A stretch of DNA of 63,741 nt, filler included, from Globobulimina sp. (taxonomy: Eukaryota): NCBI GenBank assembly GCA_003354225.1. It is 24 parts of 24 records of this genome, joined end to end, with 100 filler letters (N's around TTAATTAATTAA, not from the genome) between each part and the next. Parts side by side here need not be neighbours in the genome. Positions count along the whole stretch, not along the records: positions 10,649 to 13,210 come from PIVH01005974.1; positions 13,311 to 15,871 come from PIVH01005975.1; positions 15,972 to 18,532 come from PIVH01005976.1; positions 18,633 to 21,193 come from PIVH01005977.1; positions 21,294 to 23,854 come from PIVH01005978.1; positions 23,955 to 26,514 come from PIVH01005979.1; 18 more parts are not named here. One strand, written 5' to 3'. Shown here in pieces: positions 12,376-24,377 of the stretch (within the stretch, counting starts at the first letter, position 1; every line of letters begins with the position of its first letter). The translations under genes and the position numbers were made by a program. The notes beneath the pieces are model-generated. The model was given only the letters and a program-made list of their open reading frames with translations, was not told where the DNA came from and did no database searches.

Positions 12376-13210
12376 TCAGCGCATAAACATTGTCTGAATA
12401 GAAATAAAATTGGCAAAAAAATAAAACAAAAATGGAATATTAAAATATTTTAAAAGCATAATATTTGCCAAAATAGGTCCTATAAACGTTTTGAATATCC
12501 ATGTATCATTGCTGTCAGACCAGAAAAAGTGGTCCGATACTACGAGCTTGTATATCATCATTTCACCAGAACGGGTGGCTGAAAATATGGTAATATAAAT
12601 TTAAACAAAAAACATATTTTACAACTCACTAGTCGCATCGGCAGAGGTCGCCGGAGTCGTATTTATAACATACCAAGTAGAACTTTTTGAATTGTCCGTA
12701 GATGTTGCTCCTGTTGTTTCTAAATTGTGTTTAACATTAGAACAAGGTTTATGCACTTATTAAAATGTTTTACCTGACTGTTTTAGAACACAATCTGAAC
12801 CAAGAATTTTATGATTTTCCAAGCATCGGCACTTCTTATTAACACACCGAGAACCACCCATACACGAATCCATCCAGATACAGGCTTTTCCAGGATTTAC
12901 TAAAACTATACAAATGAAACATTGTCATAGCATGTAATGATTTCATTACTTTTATTCAAAACTGCAAATCCTTTAATTGTACTGCTTCCACCAGGCCCTT
13001 TATCCGACAATGCAGTAACCATAACTGTGTATAAACCAGATTGAAAAACGACTGGAGTATTAAAATGAGTATAATGAGTTCGTTTCGTTAATACCAGCCG
13101 TTTTGTAATTTCATTAACGTCAATTGTGCTCCAGTGTGTCGTGTTAATATCGTCCCTGCCTTCAAGCAAAGAAAGGTCAATTGTCTGGCCGATTGCAGGC
13201 ACAACAATGT
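12376..13210 (-). CDS. Animal-like multi-exon gene: FN3-like C-terminal strand + EB-like Cys module + Thr-rich linker; introns 12949-12900, 12773-12720, 12629-12579
   Basis: YTVMVTALSDKGPG (FN3-like); INPGKACIWMDSCMGGSRCVNKKCRCLENHKILGSDCV (EB-like); three phase-1 introns of 50-54 nt ending TTTTAG, ATTTAG, TTTTCAG keep the frame. Confidence 0.65.
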
Positions 13211-13507
13211 NNNNNNNNNNNNNNNNNNNNNNNNNNNNNNNNNNNNNNNNNNNNTTAATTAATTAANNNNNNNNNNNNNNNNNNNNNNNNNNNNNNNNNN
13301 NNNNNNNNNNAGTACACAAATAAGAAAATTGGTGAAAAAAATAATGGGAACTATAGGTGGTCGTGAAACGACAGTCTTGAAATGATGTTTCCCGCTATAA
13401 TATGATGGGAGAACAGTGATAATATAATAAGTTAGCTACTATAGCATCCTTGATTTGCGATTTATTTGTTTTTGATACCTACTTCAGTTGTTTTATCCAG
13501 TTTGATC

Positions 13508-14023
13508 ATGTCCAAGTTCCAGTTTAATAATAATAATAATGGAAATGATCAAACCATTCAAACTCAAAATGGAGAAGCAAATTATAGTGGACCACATAGT
13601 GGCTCTGTTACCAATAATAATTATGCACAGCCTCGAAAAATAACCCCGGCGGCTGGATTTATTATTCAATACGTAAATGCCAATGATCATGAAACAACCA
13701 TCGATGCGGCTGCACAGATTGTTTTCGCTGGAATTAATGAATTTTCTTCTGAGCCATTCAAACAATCCATCACAAGCGGTTTTCAATCATTACCTTCAAA
13801 ATCAATGAAAATTAATTATTTATCAAATGCAGTCAATGGTTTATTGAGGTACAGAAAAAATCGAAATGTAAATTATCCAGATACTAAAGGCGTATTTTCT
13901 ACATTCAAAAAAAATGTCAAAATCTCATTGAAATCATTAAAAGTTACGTATGTGTTCATGTGTGGTTTTATCGGAGGGGGTCTCTTTAAAACGTGCAGTT
14001 TTTACCTTTTTTCATGGCCTTAA
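13508..14023 (+). CDS. Hypothetical protein (Asn-rich N-terminus), running into a repeat array
   Basis: Open frame from MSKFQFNNNN; no recognisable domain. Confidence 0.35.
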   Translation: MSKFQFNNNNNGNDQTIQTQNGEANYSGPHSGSVTNNNYAQPRKITPAAGFIIQYVNANDHETTIDAAAQIVFAGINEFSSEPFKQSITSGFQSLPSKSMKINYLSNAVNGLLRYRKNRNVNYPDTKGVFSTFKKNVKISLKSLKVTYVFMCGFIGGGLFKTCSFYLFSWP

Positions 14024-14215
14024 AAATTGGCAGTTTCGCCTGTTTTGATGGCCCTAAAAAATTGGCAGTTTCACCTTTTTTGTTTTAAAAAATTTGCAGT
14101 TTTCACACGTTTTTCATGGCCCTAAAAAATGGACAGTTTCATCCTTTTTCTCTTAAAATGGCAGTTTGTACCTTTTTTGCTAAAAAATTGACAGTTTTCA
14201 CCCATTTTCGCCCTG
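13985..14215. repeat. Seven degenerate 29-36-bp tandem units (core AAAAATTGGCAGTTT) ending in ...TTTTCGCCCTG; possible transposon subterminal repeats
   Basis: CAGTTT cores at about 13996, 14031, 14066, 14097, 14133, 14162 and 14192. Confidence 0.8.
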
Positions 14216-14568
14216 TGTTAACCACTCATATAATTCTAACCGTAGCCGTTGTATTTATATGCACAGAGAGCCAAGAAAAAAGCAACAATTACAAACAAAG
14301 AAAATTCACAACGGCCACCAATATCGCATCCAACGTTCAGTTTATTTTATTTTATTCATTATTGATGCGCTCTTAGCACTATCTAACACTGTTTATCTCA
14401 CCAGATTTAATCACAACACTTTTGATAAAGACGATGCAAAACATACACAAAAAGATGATACAAAGTTATTTATTATATTTTAAGTAATTAACCATTTCGC
14501 AAAATCGCACATATTTTTTTTATCCTCGCACATACAGAACTGGAACAATTTCATCATTTAAAGATTTT

Positions 14569-15690
14569 ATGTTCAATGAAGAATTAATAAAAGCTATCGA
14601 CGATATGGCAGGTTTTGAGCATCCCTCAGATGTCCAACAGAGAGCAATACCGATCGCAATATCTGGACAGGATATTATTGTAAACGCAAAACCCGGCACT
14701 GGGAAAACAACAACATTTATATTGGCCACATTACAAACAATTGAAGAGGGCGCTTTTATTGATACATTAGTGTTGGTTGCATGCAGTGAGATGGCACCGC
14801 AAATATTTAATGCGTTTAAACGTTTTAGTAAATATATGGACATCCAAATTGGCTGTGTGTGTGGTGGGGTGCCATTTAGTGAGAATAAAAGAGTGGTTAC
14901 TGAGGAGAGGGCACAAATATTAATTGGTACACCAGGCACAGTGTGTCGTTTATTGCAGAGTGAGAGTGGCTTGTTGCAATTGGGCAAATTACGAAGATTT
15001 GTAATCTATGAATGCGATATTTTTAATCAAATTGATAGGCGTAAACAAGTTGAATATATTTTTAATCGAACACCCCATAATAAACAAGTGATGATATTTA
15101 GTGGCGGCATTAGTGAAAGTAATAAAAGTATGTTTAGAAAATTCACAAAAAATGCACAAGAGATATGTGTGGATGGAACCCCATTAACATTGCATGGATG
15201 GAACACCATTAATTTCCAACAACATTTTGTTAAATTATTGGAGAAGGAAAAAGATAAAAAAGTAAATGCTTTATTGGATGCATTTGATTTTAATCAAGTT
15301 GTAATATTCGTAGATACAAAAGCGAGAGGAAAAGGATTAAATGGTTTATTGAGGCAACGTGCATTTCCTTCGATTTGTGTGCATAGTGATATGGGAGAAA
15401 GAGAGAGGTTACGTATTTTAGGAGAATTTAAACAATATAAATATCGAATATTGGTAAACGTAAATGTAATTGATTTGTTTTGTGATATTGATATTTTCAG
15501 AGTAAATATTGTAATCAATTATGATATGCCACAGGATATTGATGAATATTTACGTCGAATGACTAGATTTAGTACACGTACGAAAGGATTGGTAATTACA
15601 TTTGTTTGCAGTGCTGACGAAGCTGACACTCTCAGCAAAGTAAAAGTTACACCATTACCAAATCAAATTCCTTCCAACGTTTATATGTAA
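14569..15690 (+). CDS. UAP56/DDX39-like DEAD-box helicase paralog with degenerate catalytic motifs
   Basis: SFKDF..GFEHPSDVQ, AKPGTGKT, LTLHG..QQHFVKL, DFNQVVIFV and VNIVINYDMP match UAP56; motif II reads YECD, III SGG, VI RRMTRFSTR; homology extends upstream of the ATG, so a 5' exon is likely. Confidence 0.85.
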   Translation: MFNEELIKAIDDMAGFEHPSDVQQRAIPIAISGQDIIVNAKPGTGKTTTFILATLQTIEEGAFIDTLVLVACSEMAPQIFNAFKRFSKYMDIQIGCVCGGVPFSENKRVVTEERAQILIGTPGTVCRLLQSESGLLQLGKLRRFVIYECDIFNQIDRRKQVEYIFNRTPHNKQVMIFSGGISESNKSMFRKFTKNAQEICVDGTPLTLHGWNTINFQQHFVKLLEKEKDKKVNALLDAFDFNQVVIFVDTKARGKGLNGLLRQRAFPSICVHSDMGERERLRILGEFKQYKYRILVNVNVIDLFCDIDIFRVNIVINYDMPQDIDEYLRRMTRFSTRTKGLVITFVCSADEADTLSKVKVTPLPNQIPSNVYM

Positions 15691-16135
15691 TAATAGTAAA
15701 TATGAATACCTATTTAAATTAATTGTTTCTTATTGTTTTTATATATTTTTTGTTTTTATATCTTACTTTTTTATTTTTCTATTTTTTTATCTATTTTTAC
15801 ATTTGGTTTATGGATTTTTTTATTATTTTTAATTATATAATTAAATTAAGTTTATTTTTTTTAGAGAATGTNNNNNNNNNNNNNNNNNNNNNNNNNNNNN
15901 NNNNNNNNNNNNNNNTTAATTAATTAANNNNNNNNNNNNNNNNNNNNNNNNNNNNNNNNNNNNNNNNNNNNGTATTCAAAGTTGAAAACCACTCTAGCTG
16001 ACCCAAAAACCTTGCCAATCACAAAAGAAGTGTTTGGAAGTTTAAGCCTAAAAAGTCAAATGTAAATAAACCCAAACTAAACTTAAACAAATAAAGAAAA
16101 CAACACAAACACACAAAATCAATTGACATTAGGTT

Positions 16136-17434
16136 TTATGCCAAAATTTCGAAATCAATAAATTTCTGTAGAAAGTGTAGCATTTCTGACACATAGTCAA
16201 TGTCATCATAGTAGTCTCGTAAAATTTGAATTAACGTCACTTTGTCATCTGGTTCACGCATAATATTTTGCGGAGAGATTGAAAATATTTCTTGCGCCCA
16301 TATTTCAATTAAATCCCTATTGTATGATGTCGATATAATTTGCAATTTATCCTTGTTATAACAAAACGTATTCTGTTTCATCAATGATTTAAACTGAAGG
16401 ATGGCTGCTATTTTTTCCGTATTCGACACATTTGTTGTACCATTTTCATAGTCCAATTTCACACCGATATGCTTGCAAAGTGCGGTGGAATAAATATTTA
16501 AATCAAGGAATGACAGTAATAATTTTGTTAATGGTCTGTGATGCTCTTCATTTAATTCAATATCTTCTGTCAAAAAGGAAAGATCCAAATCAATATAACA
16601 TAATCTATTACATGCCGATAAATCAAATCGCAGCTCCATTAAACTCGAAAAATCGGCTTTTAAAGCAACCACATTTGATGAGATGTTAATTATTTTTATT
16701 TCTTTGTTAAAATCAAATGGATTAAAAAAATTGCCGTTACTTTGAATTTCTACAAATTGTAAATTTGCTGCAGCGGATAACATTTTATTTATTAAATCGA
16801 TGTTGTTCCAATGTGTACGCGTTCGGTTTTCGCCATTATGGATTGACAGTGTCCATAAATTTGGAGCTGATTCAAATTCCATATCATCAATGAATTCATG
16901 ATCAACGCAAAGATTACTAAAAGAAATCCCATGCAAACGAGGACACTCTGATATTAATTTATTCCACATATTAATTCCGACAAAAGGCATATTAATCCAC
17001 TCCAAATTATTTAGATGCGATGTATAATGCAGATATGAATGATTTGCTTGTGACAGCATTTCAATTTTATTTAATGCGCGTACATTTAATCCCATTTTTT
17101 TAGTCAAAATGTCAACTAAATTATATTGATTTGAGTCAAACGATTTAATATTCTTCCAAATGCGTTTCAAAAAGTTGCTCACTGCTTTGTTTGATAGTAA
17201 CTTCATTGATATTGCAATAAATGTTTGTTTATCCACTTGGTTTATTGCCGAACAACAATACAAATCAATAAAATCATAGACACCCAATGAAATTTCGTCA
17301 ATCCGTTTTATTGCGGATGTACATGATCTGTTGAAAATATGTGATGTACGTGAAACATCAAGGATTTGTTTCAATGGTAAGAAGGATGTGATGTGTGATA
17401 CTACCACAGCAGGGAGAATTAATTCGATGTTCAT
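16136..17434 (-). CDS. F-box / LRR-like protein
   Basis: N-terminal LPAVVVSHITSFLPLKQILDVSRTSHIF fits the F-box pattern; downstream CPRLHGISF, APNLWTLSI, AANLQFVEI, CNRLCYIDL are LRR-like. Confidence 0.7.
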   Translation of the reverse strand: MNIELILPAVVVSHITSFLPLKQILDVSRTSHIFNRSCTSAIKRIDEISLGVYDFIDLYCCSAINQVDKQTFIAISMKLLSNKAVSNFLKRIWKNIKSFDSNQYNLVDILTKKMGLNVRALNKIEMLSQANHSYLHYTSHLNNLEWINMPFVGINMWNKLISECPRLHGISFSNLCVDHEFIDDMEFESAPNLWTLSIHNGENRTRTHWNNIDLINKMLSAAANLQFVEIQSNGNFFNPFDFNKEIKIINISSNVVALKADFSSLMELRFDLSACNRLCYIDLDLSFLTEDIELNEEHHRPLTKLLLSFLDLNIYSTALCKHIGVKLDYENGTTNVSNTEKIAAILQFKSLMKQNTFCYNKDKLQIISTSYNRDLIEIWAQEIFSISPQNIMREPDDKVTLIQILRDYYDDIDYVSEMLHFLQKFIDFEILA

Positions 17435-17729
17435 AGAGAAGTTAATATAAATCAGTGAGAGGTTTTTGTTTAGAGTTTTGTCACCAGTTTTTTTGCAAGT
17501 GGCTAAAATAAATCGTAAATTCTTATTTGGGAAAATATTTGCCCCAAACTGAACGAGAGAAAAAGTTATGTTCCCTTGTGACAGCAGAGACAAATCCAAA
17601 CTTATACAAATTTGGGAAAAAAATCTAAACAAAAAATTAAAATTATTAATTACAAACCAAACCAAACAAAAATTAAAAATAAAACATAGCACAATGCAAA
17701 CGAACAAAGCAAACGTAAAATGAAATAAG

Positions 17730-18532
17730 TCACATTGTTTGATGTTGTTTGGGAGAGACACATGATCGCTTTCGTTTTGATCGCTGTTTATCTTTTTTCA
17801 TAGCAATTTGTTGATTTATTATCGAAATAATAACTTTTCTTCTTTGTTTAACATTTATCACCGCATAGTATAAAATAATAAACGATGACATTAATTTTAT
17901 AAACAACCACAAAATATCGGTAATATACGTGCCTGGAATGGCTTGCTGTGCCATACTTAAATTTGCTGTCGAGGTCTCGCTCAAAAATAAATCAATAAAA
18001 TATTGCAATACAGCCACGGTGACTAAAATGGATAAAATGATGGATGCCACAAACAAAACAACTAAGACATTAATGATTTTCTTATGTTCATTTATTTGAT
18101 GAATATTATTAATGCACGAAGAGACTCTGGAAAATGCCAAAGATACCGACTTCTTCAAAGAATATGTATTTTTTGCTAATATCAAACATAAGATTGAGAT
18201 TAATAAATTGCGGACAATGCCACCTATAATATCCCAAAAAACGGTGTTCAAAATCACTGCAAAAGCATGGAATATTAAGGTAGAAAAAATAAATATGCCG
18301 CAAAATGAGATGAGGGCAAAATTGGTGACGTTCTTAATGATCTTTGCATTTTGGTCCTCGTTCGTTGCCTTTACAATTTGCAAAATGTTCAGCAATATGG
18401 CAGTCAGTGAGATATTGCATAGAATGAGCCATAAATTATGGAAAATATAATATAAATTTATAAATAATGAGTATGGATACGATGGGAATTGATACAAAAT
18501 AAAGATACAAACACATTGGGAAAATAAAATTA
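17730..18532 (-). CDS. Multi-pass (GPCR-like) membrane protein, 5'-truncated
   Basis: About five hydrophobic helices and a basic C-tail in the 255-aa ORF. Confidence 0.55.
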
Positions 18533-18632
18533 NNNNNNNNNNNNNNNNNNNNNNNNNNNNNNNNNNNNNNNNNNNNTTAATTAATTAANNNNNNNNNNNN
18601 NNNNNNNNNNNNNNNNNNNNNNNNNNNNNNNN

Positions 18633-19898
18633 TAAAATTTTGTATTTATTTTTAGCTAAAAAGCCAACTGTCCATCTTACCAATGATGACAATCTTTGAT
18701 TGACTTCATCGAGTTTTAATATAAATACTTTATTATTTATATCATAACTCAGTGGGTTATCCTTTATTATCTCACTTTCAATATTCATTAAACCTTCATT
18801 CGTAAACGATTCGTCACAAATTAGCTGTGCTCCGGTAAATGTATTACAACACTGTTCAATCAAATCCTTCATCTCACGTTTGGACATGAATAAAAATAAC
18901 GATTCGCAAACAATACAAACATTTGTAAATTTATGTTTGTTTTTATTCAATTCCTTTCCAGTCTGTTTCTTATGATTATCAATAATATCTTTTGCAACCA
19001 CATCAAACCAATTTACATCATTCACAGAATAGCTATACATTTTTCTATATACTTTCTTAGTTAAATTATCAAATACTTTTGCCTGAAATTGTGTTTCTGA
19101 ATCATTAGTTTGCTGCACATCCAATAAATTCTCCTTATTATGCGCATGAATCAAAGCAGGAATACTATTTTGTTCAATTAACTGCTGCCGAATATGGATA
19201 ATATGATTCAAATCTATTTCATAATAAAATACAACATCATAGTCATTGTAAGATACCGTATTGTCCATATCTGAGATAGTCGGCATTCTATTAAACATTT
19301 CATCAAACGTTTCTTCATCATCTTGTTTAATTTTCTCTCTTTCTTTTTCATTGAGAAAATAGTCATAATCATCAATTTTTTTATTCATATTACTTTGCGC
19401 TAAAAATATTCGCTCGAATCTCGTATCAAAACCAACTCCGAGTTCAATGATATGCAGTACTGATTTATTTAAGTGCGCATCGTTAGCATTGATGATTTGT
19501 GCTGTATCTTTTGTTTTATTCTCGATGTTTATTATATGATTTGCATATCGTGCCTCTACCCATTGAATCACATTCAAGTCAAATAATTTTGCGCGATATG
19601 GTTCCAACACTGAGGAAACCTTTGGATATTTTGGTGGCAAATGTCCAGCTGAATAGGTAAATGAATTGAGATATTGCGATGATAGTTTATCATTTAAAAT
19701 TGGTTTTGCATCCAATGTGTCCTGGTAACGCATGTATAATGTTTTAAAAGCACTGATTGCTGATTCTGATTGTTTGTGCATATCGATGTTCAAAACTGTA
19801 TTCTGATTGCTTGCTTTTGTTTGAATGCAATATCTGGCATTTTGTATCAAGTGACACGGTTTGATAAGTTTAGCTATCAAACGGTGGGACAGTGACAT
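18633..19898 (-). CDS. LCM-type class I SAM-dependent methyltransferase, possibly mitochondrion-targeted; 3'-truncated
   Basis: IIELGVGFDTRFERI (motif I), YYEIDL, CESLFLFM; Arg/Leu/Ser-rich N-terminus MSLSHRLIAKLIK. Confidence 0.75.
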
Positions 19899-19950
19899 GA
19901 TTGGCTTGAAGTGGGAGGAAAAATATTTTTTAAATATTCGTAGTGTGATA

Positions 19951-20652
19951 ATGGCAGAACATATGATCACCAAACTTCAATTTAATGATATTCCAAATAG
20001 AATACAATATGCTGTTTTTGGTTACATTCGGGAAATGCAAACAACACTTGTTTCAATCATCCCTTCATTGGTACTTCAAACTTGTTTGGCATATTATAAT
20101 TTATCTGATTATTTTGAAAAATGTGGACATCGAATTGTTATATCGGAATATCAAACTATACGCAAACGCAGCGGATTTGGCACGCAATGGTCCCACGCAA
20201 CATGTAAATATGTGGTCAATTCAAATACAAATCATATCATCCAATGGATATTCCACATTAATCAATGTTCCTCAACCATAGCTTTTAAATTAATGCAAAA
20301 TTTCACTGAGCATCATTTTGTTGATATATACTGTCATAACATTTCATTGCATCTAAACAAAGATGATCGGGTTCAAATTGTATTGAATTTAGACAAACAA
20401 TGTTTTAATTATAATATTAATAATGGAAGAACTATTGGCAAAATACACCAAAATATTAAGAAATCATCAACTTTGAAATATAAATTAGCGGTGGAATTGT
20501 ATAACAAAAATGATTCAGTTACATTGGTAACAATGATATTTGATGAAAATAATGATTGCAATGATAAAAAAAGTACAGCATCAAAAAAATTTTTAAAGAA
20601 TAAAAAAAAAATTGCAATGATAACTCAGAAATTATATGGTTTTGAAGAATAA
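19951..20652 (+). CDS. SPRY/B30.2-like protein of an expanded protist family
   Basis: AVFGYIRE..IPSLVLQTCLAYY N-terminus; WIFHI, DDRVQIVLNLD and YKLAVEL SPRY-like strands. Confidence 0.6.
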   Translation: MAEHMITKLQFNDIPNRIQYAVFGYIREMQTTLVSIIPSLVLQTCLAYYNLSDYFEKCGHRIVISEYQTIRKRSGFGTQWSHATCKYVVNSNTNHIIQWIFHINQCSSTIAFKLMQNFTEHHFVDIYCHNISLHLNKDDRVQIVLNLDKQCFNYNINNGRTIGKIHQNIKKSSTLKYKLAVELYNKNDSVTLVTMIFDENNDCNDKKSTASKKFLKNKKKIAMITQKLYGFEE

Positions 20653-20742
20653 AGCAAAATAATTTATTTTTTCACAAAGTCATCCTTTGAGTAGTTTTTA
20701 CAACTTAAACAGTTAAGGTTTTGCGGCTTGAACTTTTAGACA

Positions 20743-21193
20743 ATGGCACAAGACTTACAACCGTTATCGCAATCGCAACAATTAGTGGTATCTAATTCAT
20801 GCGCCATCCATTCACTCACTCCCTTATATGTACTGTACAGTCAGCTTTAAGAAAGAAAGTACGCCATGCCTTTAGCGAAGAAGCCACCGACCGATTGGTA
20901 TCACAAAGCGAATTCAACACTGTGTTCAACAAAATATTTACAGGAATACCAAGCGAAAAATTTCGACAAATATTTGTAACATTTGATGAACAAAATACAG
21001 GTACCATTAATTGGTATACTTTTTTAAGAGAAGAGCAATTGCCAAAGATATTATTATCTCTCCACGACCAGTCCTTGTCACAAATTACAATGTTACAACA
21101 AAACACAAGTTCCTGTTCCGATGCACTAATCCCATCAGACGACGATGACCGCCATAATCCGGCTATAGTAATACCAATCAGTTCATTCGCAAC
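20743..21193 (+). CDS. EF-hand protein, 3'-truncated; intron 20788-20840
   Basis: MAQDLQPLSQSQQLV|SALRKK; EF-loop DEQNTGTINWYTF; 53-nt GT..CAG intron. Confidence 0.7.
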
Positions 21194-21326
21194 NNNNNNN
21201 NNNNNNNNNNNNNNNNNNNNNNNNNNNNNNNNNNNNNTTAATTAATTAANNNNNNNNNNNNNNNNNNNNNNNNNNNNNNNNNNNNNNNNNNNNCGTATAT
21301 ATTAATTATAACTAAACTGGATTTAC

Positions 21327-21440
21327 CTCGAGATCACCGCCCTCGAGATCACCTCCCCCACCGCCCCCACCGTTTCTTGTTGCCGAACTAATTGAAACTA
21401 ACAAAATTGCAACAATTCCCATCATTTTCATCATCATCAT
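21327..21440 (-). CDS. First exon of a secreted protein (MMMMKMIGIVAILLVSISSATRNGGGGGGGDLEGGDLE|GT)
   Basis: Signal-peptide-like sequence followed by a GTAAAT donor; the rest is beyond the contig end. Confidence 0.5.
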
Positions 21441-21596
21441 CTGATCTGACAATAGCAGAATTCGCACTATTTCGCAGAATCAGTTTGTTGTGTTGCTGAG
21501 TGGTTAAAGTAATTAAGTAAGAGAGTGAAGTTGAAGGAGACTACAAAAGCTTAATTAAAAAAACTTGAAACACTGACTGGTTAATAAATAAATAAT

Positions 21597-23854
21597 TTAC
21601 TGATAATTCTTTTTAGCACACCACAAGGCATCGACCAATTGCAAACATTCATCGCAAGCATCCCTATTCTTGCTATAAAATCCGCCAATCATCCTCTCCA
21701 AATCCCGTCTGTCCCTCACATTCCGCCGCAAAGCTTCCATCGTATAAACCGCATTCCTATTAAAAACCGGATAGAAACTTCCAAACAAACTGCACCGTTT
21801 CAACCATGCAATAAATTTCTCATATTCCTGTCGATAAAACGCAATCTTATCCATTACAAACTGATTATTCCTCACAATTTCATCGATATCTTTGTCAAAC
21901 AACAAACAGCGAATATCATTCTTTCTGTCTTTGGTAATTTGCTCCAAATATATTTTATATCGGCCTTCGTCGACAATCGATAGCTGATCGAACCAAAACC
22001 GATCAAACTCGTTCTCATATTTATTGCCCTCCACATTGTTCATTTTCTCCTCGTTATAAAACACATCGTCGACATACGTCCGCTTATAATAATGCATATA
22101 ATCATCCCTCGCACGAACTAAATACGGGTCGATTTCCAATGCTTTGCCCAAATGCTTTTCATAGCTCTGCAGCCGCCCCATTTTCATAAAGATCTGCGCC
22201 ATTTTGTAATGAATAATGGCCGCGGAGTGCGACGACGGATTATGTTTTATGCACAGCGATAAATGGAATATGGCCTCCTCGAATCTTTGCTGCGCGTTCA
22301 GGAACTTTGCATAATGAACGTGTCCCTGTTCATAAAAACCATCAAAGCGCGCCGCTGTTTTCTCGATCTCAATGGCTCGCAAATACCATTCCTGAGACAG
22401 TTGGTATTTATTTAATTGCTGTGCGCTTCTCGCGAGACCTACATATAACTTACAATTCGGCCTCGCGCCCAGCGACAAACATTTGTTAAACTGATAATAT
22501 GCCCTCGAATGGCTCCGGATCGACAACAAATGATAGCCATAACCGATCAGCACGTTGCAACTGCTGTTATTGTTATTATTTTTGTCTGCCGCACAATTAA
22601 AATAATGATCCGCTGCCTCGATATGCCGTAAATAGGACAAACATTTTGCATATCTGCAGCATAAAAAGGCGTCGTTGGGCACTGTCAACACTAAGTCTGA
22701 TAAATACTGCGCTGCGCTCCAAATATCTGCATTGCGCATAAAAATGATGATTTTGCGCAGTTTTTGCGCGAACTCAATGAACATTGTGCTGTCTGTGCGA
22801 ACGTTGATATTTGTATTGGTCGCCAGCCATTTGACGCAGGCCAAGGATTGGACGGTGTCCTCCATATTCATAGCGATGATCTCTCCGCGTAAATCGTTAT
22901 AGATTTCGTTGTTTATATTTAGTATTTTCTGGTAATTGTCGTATTTATTGACGATTCTGTTGGGATTGCTGGAGATATACTTTTCGTTATTTATGATACA
23001 TTCGATATGATCGAAATCGTTGAATGACAGTCCTCGTAATGTCTTATTGTTATATTCTGGATAAAATAGCTGACATTCTCGCGATAACTGTCTATATTCC
23101 TCGTCGTTGTGATGTGTGTCAATTAGTAACACATTGAAGTTATTGAATATTTTATAATGTTTCTTAATTTTAATGATATCAAAGTATTTATTGCTGGTCC
23201 GGTCGCAGCAAATTATGAATGCGTTTGCAAAAAAATGGTACAATTTCACGCGTTTTAATATCTCAATCACAATAAACGGCGCATTGTGCGATATCAATGC
23301 GAGTTTAATGCGGTTGTTATCAATTTGGTCGTCACCGGATGGAGTTTGCTGTTGTTGTTTGAAAACAGTCTCGAAATGAATGCCTAATCTATTTATTCTG
23401 TCACATCCACCAAAGATTTTATACAGATCAAAACTGGCTATTTTGTCCCATTTACATTCATTTCTATTTATATTCAAGTAGCAAATTCGCAAAAAATGCA
23501 TCCAATTTATGTGTTGTGCGTGTTTCTATGTTGTTGTTTGTGGCGATTATCAACAACACCATAAATTGCATGTATTTGTAGCAAAAGTACCTCTTTATCC
23601 ATTCACATAAGTTCCAATAACAAATAATTTCGTCAAAGTCGTATATTACTAATCGAATATCATTGTCATTCTCTTTCTTTTCCTCGACGGACTGCTTTAA
23701 TTCCAAATAATTTTCAGTAATGAAGGAATACGATGTTTTGGCGTCGGAGTCTGAAATATTGCCATGAAGATCTGAGGCAATCTGATAATATTTCAATGCT
23801 TTGCGTTTATCCTTTTTGTGGTTCAAATTAAAATCACCAAATTTGTGCAATAAA
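21597..23854 (-). CDS. TPR-repeat protein with HAD-like DxD domain, 5'-truncated; junction near 23500-23590 unresolved
   Basis: IRLVIYDFDEII (HAD motif I-like), FGG..RINRL, LALISHN; several TPR-like helices (EEAIFHLSLCIKHNP, KHLGKALEIDP). Confidence 0.65.
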
Positions 23855-24377
23855 NNNNNNNNNNNNNNNNNNNNNNNNNNNNNNNNNNNNNNNNNNNNTT
23901 AATTAATTAANNNNNNNNNNNNNNNNNNNNNNNNNNNNNNNNNNNNNNNNNNNNTATATTACTGTGTTTTTGTTTGTTTCGATCCTCTTTTTCATGATCG
24001 GTTTTATTTTTAATTCATGTGGTTTGCTTTCAGATTTTTTAAATTCAGAAACTCAGTTTAGAATTTGTTTACAATGTTATACTTCTAATTAATATTTTGA
24101 AATTGTCAGATTGATGGCTATCCAATCAAGGTTACTATATTCTGTATTATATCCTTTTCTACATAAATATAGACTGTGGACGGATAAAATCAACTGAATG
24201 CACTAATTCTATTAGATGTTCTGCCCATTTTCTTTCTTTTACATTAGTGTTTTAATTCAGATGCATCGTTAGTTTTTTTAATTCAGAAACTCGTTTTCGT
24301 GCATGTTCACCCAAATATAAGTTTTTTTTTTACTAAAGTGTTTTTTAAATTTGCATGGAACACTGTTAACCGCCACA

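Noticed and set aside
13985-14215. Possible CRISPR array
   Set aside because: Units are degenerate, 29-36 bp in total with no unique spacers; no cas genes; eukaryotic context
17435-17761. N-terminal 108 aa of the 541-aa ORF
   Set aside because: Upstream of the F-box Met, T-rich and overlapping the neighbouring gene end; likely intergenic/UTR
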